From the NCBI GenBank assembly GCA_024280215.1, contig JAJRQO010000014.1, forward strand, positions 431-64,430: a stretch of DNA of 64,000 bases, written 5' to 3'. Of the stretch, positions 30,429 through 39,143 are shown one piece after another. Position 1 is the first letter of the stretch, and every line of letters begins with the position of its first letter. The translations under genes and the position numbers were made by a program. The DNA is from Candidatus Zixiibacteriota bacterium. GTDB lineage: Bacteria > Zixibacteria > MSB-5A5 > GN15 > FEB-12. A model generated the notes under the pieces. The model was not told where the DNA came from, did not search any database, and saw only the letters and a list, made by a program, of their open reading frames with translations.

Positions 30429-30920
30429 ATGTCACAACAACAGTCAGACAATTTTAAACCATTCAATGTTGACTTGTGGAAATACGACGGTCAAGAGGGT
30501 GCTTTGATTCCTCTATTACAGTCGGCACAGGATACATACGGATATATTTCTGAAAAAGCGATAGACTATATCGCACATATCACAGGCATACCAGCTGCAG
30601 ATATCTATGGCGTGGTAACATTTTATGCACAGTTTAGAACCAAACCTCTTGGCAAGTATGTTGTCAAAGTTTGTAATGGTACTGCCTGTCATGTCAATGG
30701 TGCCAAACCTATCGGCGATACCATCACCGATGAATTAAGTATAAGTTACGATGAAACATCCGATGACGGTAATTTTACTCTCTTGTCAGTCGCATGTATC
30801 GGATGTTGTTCACTCGCACCAGTAATTTTAATTAACGATGAAACCTACGGCAGATTAACATCACCAAAACTCCGTAAAATTTTACGTCAATATAAACGTA
30901 AAGTCAAAGAAGAGAAATAG
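30429..30920 (+). CDS. NuoE/HydC-like [2Fe-2S] subunit
   Basis: VVTFYAQF, CNGTACHVNG, CIGCCSLAP. Confidence 0.93.
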   Translation: MSQQQSDNFKPFNVDLWKYDGQEGALIPLLQSAQDTYGYISEKAIDYIAHITGIPAADIYGVVTFYAQFRTKPLGKYVVKVCNGTACHVNGAKPIGDTITDELSISYDETSDDGNFTLLSVACIGCCSLAPVILINDETYGRLTSPKLRKILRQYKRKVKEEK

Positions 30921-30929
30921 GAGCCGAAT

Positions 30930-32687
30930 ATGAAAACAGTAAAAGTAGGACTCGGCACTTGTGGTATCTCTGCTGGTGGTGAAAAAGTTTATAAAGCATT
31001 TCAAGAAGAATTAAAAGAACATCCCAATGCCTTTGTCTTAAAAGAAACAGGCTGTATTGGAATGTGTTACTCTGAAGTCTTAATCGAAATTGAAAACGGT
31101 GCAGATAGTTCAGTCTTTTATGGAGAAGTAACTCCTGAACGTGTTGGTGAAATTGTTGAAAAAACAATTCTCTCAGACGACACAATTGAAGACTGGTTAG
31201 CCGTCAAAAAAGATAACACGAAAAACTTCTTAGAGAATCAAACACGTATCGTACTTCGAAACTGCGGTATAATTGACCCAGGTTCTATCGACGAATATAT
31301 CGAAAAGGGTGGTTATGAGGGTGCCAAAAAAGCACTTACTACAATGACCCCTGATGATGTAATTCAAGATGTCATCAAGTCTGGTCTCAAGGGAAGAGGC
31401 GGTGGTGGTTTTCCAACTGGTGTTAAATGGAACTTTACAAAAGGTGCTAAAGGTGATCAAAAATATATTATCTGTAACGCCGATGAAGGTGACCCAGGTG
31501 CCTTTATGGATCGTTCAGTATTAGAGGGTGACCCGAATGCCGTTCTTGAAGGAATGATTATCGCTGGTTATGCTATTGGTGCCGACGCATCATATATTTA
31601 TTGTCGGGCTGAATATCCAAAAGCTATCGCACGGCTCCGTCAAGCTATTGCCCAAGCGAAAAAGAAAAATTTTCTCGGAGATAACATTTTCGGAACCGAC
31701 TTCTCATTTAACATAAAAATCAAAGAGGGCGCTGGAGCATTTGTTTGCGGTGAAGAGACCGCACTGATTGCTTCTATTGAAGGCAAACGTGGTATGCCGA
31801 AATTTCGTCCTCCGTTTCCTGCTATTTCAGGACTCTGGGGCAAGCCAACCAATATCAACAATGTAGAAACATTTGCCAACGTCCCTTGGATTATTTTAAA
31901 AGGTGGCGATGCATACGCCGCATATGGTACCGATGATTCCAAAGGTACCAAAGTATTTGCAATGGCGGGAAAAGTAAAACGGACAGGACTTGTTGAAGTA
32001 CCGATGGGCTGTTCTATCAATGAAATTATTTTTGATGTCTGTGATGGCATTGTTGATGATAAAAAATTCAAAGCAGTGCAGATGGGTGGTCCATCGGGTG
32101 GCTGTATCCCAGCCGACCAATGCGATGTCAAAATCGATTACAAAGAAATAAACAAGACTGGTGCTATCATGGGTTCTGGTGGAATGGTGGTAATGGATGA
32201 GACAACATGTATGGTTGATGTTGCCAAGTTCTTCCTGTCATTTACCCAAGATGAATCATGTGGCAAATGTACATTCTGCCGTATCGGTACCAAACGGATG
32301 CTTGAAATTTTAGAGCGTATCACTATTGGTGAAGGAACTATGGAAGACTTAGACAATTTAGAAGAGCTAAGCGGACAAATCAAAAACGCTTCTCTTTGTG
32401 GTCTTGGTCAGACAGCTCCGAATCCTGTGCTGACAACTATGAAGTATTTCAAAGATGAATATATCGCACACATACAAGACAAAAAATGCCCAGCCCATGT
32501 ATGCTCGGCTATTTTAGAATACACTATCAATGATGCCTGTACTGGTTGTACAATTTGTGCCAAAGCATGTCCGACTGATGCTATTTTAGGTGACAAAAAA
32601 GAACTACACATTATTGAACAAGACAAATGTATTAAATGCGGCAAGTGCTTTACCGTTTGCCGATTTGATGCTGTGGTGAAGGATTGA
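30930..32687 (+). CDS. NuoF/HydB-like FMN/NADH-binding subunit
   Basis: GRGGGGFPTG, NADEGDPGAFMD, CGEETAL, GGPSG, ESCGKCTFCR; extra N-terminal 2Fe-2S domain and C-terminal 2x[4Fe-4S]. Confidence 0.93.
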   Translation: MKTVKVGLGTCGISAGGEKVYKAFQEELKEHPNAFVLKETGCIGMCYSEVLIEIENGADSSVFYGEVTPERVGEIVEKTILSDDTIEDWLAVKKDNTKNFLENQTRIVLRNCGIIDPGSIDEYIEKGGYEGAKKALTTMTPDDVIQDVIKSGLKGRGGGGFPTGVKWNFTKGAKGDQKYIICNADEGDPGAFMDRSVLEGDPNAVLEGMIIAGYAIGADASYIYCRAEYPKAIARLRQAIAQAKKKNFLGDNIFGTDFSFNIKIKEGAGAFVCGEETALIASIEGKRGMPKFRPPFPAISGLWGKPTNINNVETFANVPWIILKGGDAYAAYGTDDSKGTKVFAMAGKVKRTGLVEVPMGCSINEIIFDVCDGIVDDKKFKAVQMGGPSGGCIPADQCDVKIDYKEINKTGAIMGSGGMVVMDETTCMVDVAKFFLSFTQDESCGKCTFCRIGTKRMLEILERITIGEGTMEDLDNLEELSGQIKNASLCGLGQTAPNPVLTTMKYFKDEYIAHIQDKKCPAHVCSAILEYTINDACTGCTICAKACPTDAILGDKKELHIIEQDKCIKCGKCFTVCRFDAVVKD

Positions 32688-32695
32688 GGTGAACA

Positions 32696-35600
32696 ATGGT
32701 TAAACTGACAATCAATGGAAAAGAAGTAACCGCATCTGAAGATAAAACTATCCTTCAAGTATGCCGTGAACAAAATATAGATAACAATATCCCAACACTC
32801 TGCAACGATGACAAACTGAAACCGTATGGTTCCTGTTTTCTCTGCGTCGTAGAGATGGAAGGAGTCGACAAACTCTTCCCATCATGTGCTACAAAAGTTG
32901 GCGAGGGAATGAAGATTCAGACTCGTTCGGAAAAAGTAAAAGCTGCTCGCAAGACTTGCTTAGAATTACTTGTCTCCGACCATTATGCTGACTGCTTAGG
33001 ACCTTGTCGTTTGGGTTGTCCCGCCGATGTTGATATTCAAGGCTACATGTCTTTAATCAATTTAGGGAAACCGACCGAAGCAATCGCACTCATCAAAGAA
33101 AAATTACCGTTCCCATCAGTATGCGGTCGTGTCTGCACACGCAAATGCGAAGTCAACTGCCGTCGTTCGGTTATTGATGCTCCAGTTGGAATTGACTTTC
33201 TCAAGCGTTACGCCGCCGATCAGGATATGATTGGCGAGATGTGGCAACCAACACCAAAGCCTGACAATGGAATCCCTGTCGCTATCATCGGTGGTGGACC
33301 TGCTGGCTTAACAGCAGCCTACTATCTTGTTTGTGAAGGTTATCGTCCGACTGTCTATGAAGCATTGCCAAAACTTGGAGGTATGCTTCGCTATGGAATA
33401 CCTGAGTATCGTCTTCCAAAAGATGTTCTCGCAAAAGAAATAGACTGGATAACATCGCTTGGTGTTGAAGTGAAAACTGAAACCGCTCTCGGAAAAGATT
33501 TTACTATTGATTCATTGTTTGACGATGGATTCAAATCTGTCTTTATCGGTCTTGGCGCTCAAGTTGGAAAACCGATGCGTGTTGAAAATGAAGATGTCGA
33601 GGGTGTCCTTTCAGGTGTCGAATTTCTTCAACAGGTCGAACTCAAAACTGCTCCGAAAATTTCGGGTAAAGTCATCGTCGTTGGTGGTGGTAACACCGCA
33701 CTCGATGCGGCTCGTTCGTCGATTCGCTTAGGTGCCGATGAAGTCGTCATTCTCTATCGTCGTACTCGCAAAGAGATGCCAGCAAATATTATGGAAATTG
33801 ATGCTGCCGATGAAGAAGGTATCAAAATGGAATTTCTCGCCGCACCATCATCTATCAATGTTGACAAAGATGGTCGTATGAAATCTATCGAATGTTTCCG
33901 TATGGAACTCGGTGAACCTGATGATTCTGGTCGTCGCCGTCCTGTCAAAATCGACGGCTCCGAACATGCTATTGAAGCCGACTGGATTATTGCTGCTATC
34001 GGTCAGGATGTAAACTTAGATGGCGTTGACACCGATGACCAAATAGAATTAACATCATGGAAAACTATTGTCGCTAAAGAAGGAACTTTCAACACCGACC
34101 GTCCAGGCGTATTTGCTGGTGGTGATGTGGTAACTGGACCTGCCGATGCGGTCGATGCAATCGCAGCGGGTCGTCAAGCGGCTGTCGCCATTGATTCCTA
34201 TATTAAAAATAATGTTATCAAACCACTCGGCTATCGTTTTGAAAGTAAACGGGATGCCTTCCATACTATCAAGAGGGAAGACCTGCTCGAAGTTGAAACA
34301 TCCGAACGTCACCAGATGCTTGAACTTCCTGTCGCCAAACGTGTCTCATCATTTGATGAAGTCGAAGTCGGCTACACGCAAGATGAAGCGGTCAAAGAAT
34401 CGCTCCGTTGTGCTGAGTGTGGATGCGATGTTTCTATCGCTTGTGATTTCAGAGATTACTGCTCGGAATACGAAGTTGACCAAAACCGTTTTGTTGGTGC
34501 CTACAACAAATACAAAGTCGACACTCGTCATCCATTTATAAAAATAGATTCTAACAAATGTATCCGTTGTGGACGATGTGTCATGACCTGTTCAGAAATT
34601 CTCAATGTCTCCGCTTTAGGTTTTGTCAATCGTGGCTTTAGAACAATTGTAAAACCAGCCATGGAAAAACCTCTGCTTGAAACAAACTGTGTCTCATGCG
34701 GTAACTGTATCGACGTTTGCCCTACAGGTGCCTTAAATGAAAAGATGCCGTTCCGTCGTTCTGGTCCATGGAAAATGGAAGGAACGCAATCGGTTTGTAA
34801 CTACTGTTCGGTTGGTTGTAATATTTTAATTAACCATAAAACCCCTGATTTGTTTTTTGTTACTGGAGCTCCTCCTGATGCTGAACCTAATAATGGTGAG
34901 CTATGTGTCAAAGGGCGTTTTGGATATGAACATTATCTCGATGGTTCCCGTCTGACAAAACCGATGGTGAAAAAAGGTGACCGTATGGTTGAATGCACAT
35001 GGGAAGAAGCGTTCGATGCTATCAAAGTTGGAATCGGAAACGTCTATGAACATGCAGACCGAGATCAGACTTTGATTACCGCATCACCAAAACTAACCAA
35101 TGAAGAACTTTATTTGGCAGGTATGTTTGCTCGTGCCGCTGTTGGAACAAATAATATCACATCGTTCCAACGTCTAACTACTGAAGCAGACTATCATGCC
35201 TTAGATGATATCCTCGGAGCGACTGCATCGACTGTTTCAAATAAAGATGTTGAAAATGCTGATTTATTTATTTTCCTCGGCGGCAACCCAACTGCTGACA
35301 ATCCTGTTCTTGGATGGCAGATGAAACGTCGTATGAAAAACGGTACTAAAGCAATTGTCATTAATTCAAATGAAATCGACTTGGTACAATATGCTACTGC
35401 GTGGGCTGACCCTCGTCGTGGTACCTCGACCGTTCTGCTCAATGTTATCATGGCGGAACTTATTAAAGCGGGTAAAATCGACGAGTCATTTATCGCAGGT
35501 AAGACTACTAACTTTGATCAAGTCAAAGATGAAATGCTCAAGCATGACCTCGATGAGGCCGCATCGGTTTCGGGTGTGACTGCGAAAACGATTTCAAAAA

Positions 35601-36436
35601 TTGTTGAAATTTTATCCGACCCTTCATTGAAGATTGTTGCCTACTACAATATGGATAGCCGTATTGACCGTGCCACCAATGACCTCAAAGCACTTGGTAC
35701 TCTCATGCTGATGCTTGGCAAACTCGGTGTTGATGGTTCAGGTATTGCGATAACATCGGGACAGTGTAACCAAACGGGGATGAAAATCACAGGCTATGAC
35801 CGTCATCTACTTCCTGGTGGACGATCTGTTGAAGATGCTTCTGCGATGAAAGAAATTTCTGCTATTTGGCAAAAAGATATTTCTGCAACGATTGAAAAAT
35901 CTGGACATAATATCAACCGTAAGATGCGTGATAATAAAATTCGGGCAGCCTTTATCTTTGGTGAGAACCCAGCCAAGGACCCAGAATACAATTCGTTTAT
36001 TGACCATCTTGATTTCTTGGTTGTCGCTGATATGTTTAAAAATGAAACCGTTCAGATGGCTGATGTTTTCCTACCGATGTCATCATACCTTGAGGGCAAG
36101 GGGCATCTTACCAATTGGGCTGGCACAAAACAATTCACCAATCCAATCGGCGAACCTTTGAGTGGGAAACTGAATCTCGATATTATCAATGAACTGATGC
36201 ACATCGTTGGTTATGACCGTGCCATAAATTCATTTGATGAGTTAGCATCTGAGATTGAGTACATGCAGAAACATGCTGGGGTAGCGGTTCCACTTCAGGC
36301 ACCATTTGCGACTGACGATGGCAAGGCACACTTCGCATTGTACACGACAGAAATTTCTACGACGTCTGCCAATGTCGAAGATATACTTGAAATCGATTCC
36401 CGCATCGCCGCCCGCACCAAAGAAATCAATGTGTAG
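32696..36436 (+). CDS. Fused 2Fe-2S / GltD-like FAD-NADPH / NuoG-FdhA-like subunit
   Basis: CFLCVVE, CGRVC, GGGPAG, GGGNTALD, YRR, FAGGD, CIRCGRC, CVSCGNC, CNYCSVGC, LCVKGRFG. Confidence 0.85.
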   Translation: MVKLTINGKEVTASEDKTILQVCREQNIDNNIPTLCNDDKLKPYGSCFLCVVEMEGVDKLFPSCATKVGEGMKIQTRSEKVKAARKTCLELLVSDHYADCLGPCRLGCPADVDIQGYMSLINLGKPTEAIALIKEKLPFPSVCGRVCTRKCEVNCRRSVIDAPVGIDFLKRYAADQDMIGEMWQPTPKPDNGIPVAIIGGGPAGLTAAYYLVCEGYRPTVYEALPKLGGMLRYGIPEYRLPKDVLAKEIDWITSLGVEVKTETALGKDFTIDSLFDDGFKSVFIGLGAQVGKPMRVENEDVEGVLSGVEFLQQVELKTAPKISGKVIVVGGGNTALDAARSSIRLGADEVVILYRRTRKEMPANIMEIDAADEEGIKMEFLAAPSSINVDKDGRMKSIECFRMELGEPDDSGRRRPVKIDGSEHAIEADWIIAAIGQDVNLDGVDTDDQIELTSWKTIVAKEGTFNTDRPGVFAGGDVVTGPADAVDAIAAGRQAAVAIDSYIKNNVIKPLGYRFESKRDAFHTIKREDLLEVETSERHQMLELPVAKRVSSFDEVEVGYTQDEAVKESLRCAECGCDVSIACDFRDYCSEYEVDQNRFVGAYNKYKVDTRHPFIKIDSNKCIRCGRCVMTCSEILNVSALGFVNRGFRTIVKPAMEKPLLETNCVSCGNCIDVCPTGALNEKMPFRRSGPWKMEGTQSVCNYCSVGCNILINHKTPDLFFVTGAPPDAEPNNGELCVKGRFGYEHYLDGSRLTKPMVKKGDRMVECTWEEAFDAIKVGIGNVYEHADRDQTLITASPKLTNEELYLAGMFARAAVGTNNITSFQRLTTEADYHALDDILGATASTVSNKDVENADLFIFLGGNPTADNPVLGWQMKRRMKNGTKAIVINSNEIDLVQYATAWADPRRGTSTVLLNVIMAELIKAGKIDESFIAGKTTNFDQVKDEMLKHDLDEAASVSGVTAKTISKIVEILSDPSLKIVAYYNMDSRIDRATNDLKALGTLMLMLGKLGVDGSGIAITSGQCNQTGMKITGYDRHLLPGGRSVEDASAMKEISAIWQKDISATIEKSGHNINRKMRDNKIRAAFIFGENPAKDPEYNSFIDHLDFLVVADMFKNETVQMADVFLPMSSYLEGKGHLTNWAGTKQFTNPIGEPLSGKLNLDIINELMHIVGYDRAINSFDELASEIEYMQKHAGVAVPLQAPFATDDGKAHFALYTTEISTTSANVEDILEIDSRIAARTKEINV

Positions 36437-36444
36437 CACATAAT

Positions 36445-36559
36445 GTCATTCCCAACTTGCTTGGTGCCTGCAGGCACTTGGGAATCTATATAGTAGGGCA
36501 GGTCTTTCCAAGACCTGCCTTTTTTAAGAAAGTCACCCTGAGTGGAGTCGAAGGGACTT
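36445..36559. repeat. Mixed repeat cluster; the GTAG hairpin with T-tract probably acts as terminator
   Basis: GTCATTCCCAA...TTGGGAATC with insert; GTAGGGCAGGTCTTTCCAAGACCTGCC-TTTTTT; GTCACCCTGAGTGGAGTCGAAGGG. Confidence 0.8.
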
Positions 36560-36798
36560 TCTTAAAAGTTATCCACAATCTCAATGGCTATAGATTCCGT
36601 TCAATCTTTTCTGTCTTATTAGGTTACACCGAATTGGGTTTGTTTTGTCAAATTTAAGTTTTTTTGATTGTCTCTTTTCCTCTTGATAAAATTATACGCT
36701 TCTCATAGAATAGGGGAGAGTTTGGAATTACATCGGATGTGTAGGGAATATGTGACTCGCAATCTTATATCTATAAGAACAAGAAAACACCTGTCCGC

Positions 36799-36842
36799 CA
36801 TTGTCGTTCCAGCGAAGGCTGGAATCCAGTCTTAAAAATCAA
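36799..36842. repeat. GTC-tagged TTCCAGC-GAAG-GCTGGAA hairpin repeat
   Basis: GTCGTTCCAGCGAAGGCTGGAATCCAGTC; direct copy at 37572-37631, inverted copy at 37923-37949. Confidence 0.8.
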
Positions 36843-36853
36843 AAGAAACCGTA

Positions 36854-37540
36854 TCAATCTTCAACTGTAACTAACACTCCATTATCAAACAAGTCTTGTT
36901 TTATCATTTCACCACGTTCATTATATGTTGTCCATTTCCCATGTTTTTTACCTTCGTTCATTTTACCTACATCAAACCCATCTATTCTATCAACCCATAA
37001 ATCTAATTCCTTGTTTTCAAAAGGGTAATCGATACGAAGTCTTGTACGATTCTTACCAATACAAAGGAGTAATTTTCCATCCATATAAAAACAACTACTA
37101 TCTAAATTATCACTCATAAATTCTTTGGGTGAATCTTTAAACCACTTACATAACCCATGAAGATTACCTTGTTTGTAATACAGTATAGATTTTTCAGTAT
37201 GGTTTTGATACCATTCAACAGATAATCCATGTTTTTTAGCATTTATAAATTGGCTCTCTTCTGCTTTCATACCATTTTCATACCAACTAATAAATGAATA
37301 CGTCATTGTATTCACATAAGCATATTCCGCAGAGATTTTGTTTTTTCCATTCTTATACCAACTCATATATTGCCCATGTTTTACAAACCCTTTTTCGTTC
37401 CCATAATGATTCGTTCTCATGTATAGTTCTTTTAATGTACTATCTTCATAATATACTGAAACAGTATCATATTTTGTGTCATCCCATCCAAAAGATAAAG
37501 CTGGTAGTAAAGTGATTAAAAGTATTAGTAATGTTTTCAT
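36854..37540 (-). CDS. Exported MORN-variant repeat (YwqK-like) protein
   Basis: Signal peptide; repeats such as KHGQYMSWYKNG, KHGLSVEWYQN, KHGKWTTYNERG. Confidence 0.8.
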   Translation of the reverse strand: MKTLLILLITLLPALSFGWDDTKYDTVSVYYEDSTLKELYMRTNHYGNEKGFVKHGQYMSWYKNGKNKISAEYAYVNTMTYSFISWYENGMKAEESQFINAKKHGLSVEWYQNHTEKSILYYKQGNLHGLCKWFKDSPKEFMSDNLDSSCFYMDGKLLLCIGKNRTRLRIDYPFENKELDLWVDRIDGFDVGKMNEGKKHGKWTTYNERGEMIKQDLFDNGVLVTVED

Positions 37541-37622
37541 GAAATCTCCAATCTATTTATAATTATTTTTGCATTATTATACCTGCGAAGGCTGTGCCTG
37601 CAGGCACGCTGGAATCCAGTCT

Positions 37623-37910
37623 TTAAATCAATCGGTTATATAAATCTTCCCATTCTTTATTATCTTTTTCAATAAGTTTCAACTTCCAATTTCGTTTCCA
37701 CCATTTTAATTGTTTCTCCCTACGAATAGCATCTTCAATACTGTCAGCGGATTCATAGTACACTAACGTATCAATATTATACTTTGATGTAAAGCAACTC
37801 CCAAGTTTGTTTTTGTGTTGGTAGACTCGTTTTATTAAGTCGTTTGTGACGCCGATGTAAAGTGTACCGTTTCGTTTACTTGCAAGTATGTATACATAGT
37901 ATGTTTTCAA
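37623..37910 (-). CDS. Small GIY-YIG nuclease (UPF0213/COG2827-like)
   Basis: YYVYILASKRNGTLYIGVT, R, AIRREKQLK; TTG start at 37910 after AGAAAGGT; the longer ORF start reads through repeats. Confidence 0.92.
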   Translation of the reverse strand: MKTYYVYILASKRNGTLYIGVTNDLIKRVYQHKNKLGSCFTSKYNIDTLVYYESADSIEDAIRREKQLKWWKRNWKLKLIEKDNKEWEDLYNRLI

Positions 37911-38321
37911 AATAAAACCTTTCTGGTTCCCAGCCTTCGCTGGGATGACAAAGGGGACAGGGATGACAAAGGGGGGCGTTGTGAAAAATAATAAAGCGAT
38001 GATAGCGTTAGGGCAAAATTTTCCATGCTTTAACATACAATCTCTGACTGACAGGGAATGTCATACTAATCTCAATTTCCCTACAACATCCCACTAAATC
38101 CAAAAATTTCTCTTTAGATGAATGACCTAAAGAAGAGAGAGAAAATACATGAACAAAAACACTATAAATTATAATATCAAAAATGGCTTTAAGCCATTTT
38201 TAAGGGCAAACCCATTTCCTCCTAACACCCTGCGGGTGATTTTTTATAGCGAAAGTTAGTATGAAAAAGGACGTTTAAAAAACTTTTTATATGAGATGGA
38301 ACCCATTTTGGAAATTAAAAA

Positions 38322-38476
38322 GTCAGGAGGACAGGCCTCCTGACCTACAAGACTTTGTCGGGTTTCTCGATTTAGAAATCTTGCGATTTCAAACCAACTG
38401 AACAGCCTGCAAGCTGAGCAAACCCGACCTAGAAGTTTTGTACAAATTAGGAGGTTCAGGCATGCCTGAACCCTAC
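38322..38476. repeat. Minus-strand GTAG REP cluster including a copy of the RAYT right flank
   Basis: GTCAGGAGG-ACAGG-CCTCCTGAC-CTAC; GTCGGGTTTCTCGATTTAGAAATCTTGCGATTTCAAACCAAC...CCCGACCTAG; GGTTCAGGCATGCCTGAACC-CTAC. Confidence 0.85.
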
Positions 38477-38548
38477 AGATAATATAAACAATAAAAGAAA
38501 ACTGATTTCTTTCTTGTTATCTTTACAAATTCATTGTAGTTTCTCAAA

Positions 38549-39082
38549 ATGACAGACTCATATATCAACTTTGTTTTGGCTAATCCGCTATTGTCGGCAG
38601 CAATCCAGTTTGCTGTGTTAGGCACATTGGGTGAACTGATTTCGTTTTCATTTATCAAAAAGAAATTAGCCCTTCCATGTTCTTTCGGGCAACTTGTTGC
38701 CAAAATTTTCGCATGGGCATTGCTTGGGATTATTATCAAATATGGTTTTGCGGGGATGAAAGGGTTCACTCTTGCTCTGCTTGACCATCATCTGTTACCA
38801 CAACTTTTTGCCACAGGTATCGGATGGGCGTTTGCTGTCTCTGTTCTGACCAATATCTTTTTCGGACCTCAGATGATGTTTTTCCACAGGCTTGAAGATA
38901 ACCTGATTATGGGCGAGAAAAACTACCAAGGAATGTCGGTCGCTTTGAAGACTTTACTCTGGTTTTGGATCCCAGCCCATACCGTGACTTTCTCGTTACC
39001 TGTTGAATATCAGATAGGGCTTGCAGCGATGTGGGGGATGGTTTTAGGCATTATTTTAGGGTATAGTAACAGCCGAAAATAG
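38549..39082 (+). CDS. Membrane protein (Mpv17/PMP22-like)
   Basis: Hydrophobic; WFWIPAHTVTFSLP...W motif. Confidence 0.6.
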   Translation: MTDSYINFVLANPLLSAAIQFAVLGTLGELISFSFIKKKLALPCSFGQLVAKIFAWALLGIIIKYGFAGMKGFTLALLDHHLLPQLFATGIGWAFAVSVLTNIFFGPQMMFFHRLEDNLIMGEKNYQGMSVALKTLLWFWIPAHTVTFSLPVEYQIGLAAMWGMVLGIILGYSNSRK

Positions 39083-39143
39083 ACCTAAAATCTCTCTGTA
39101 ATTCCTGCTTGCCAAGTCGAATATTTCTATATACATTTCCGCC

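Noticed and set aside
32696-36436. Formate dehydrogenase or [FeFe]-hydrogenase
   Set aside because: No Cys/Sec at the Mo-ligand position, no in-frame TGA, and no H-cluster motifs
37911-38036. N-terminal extension of the GIY-YIG ORF
   Set aside because: It is a translation of the flanking repeat (VIPAKAG); an RBS supports TTG at 37910
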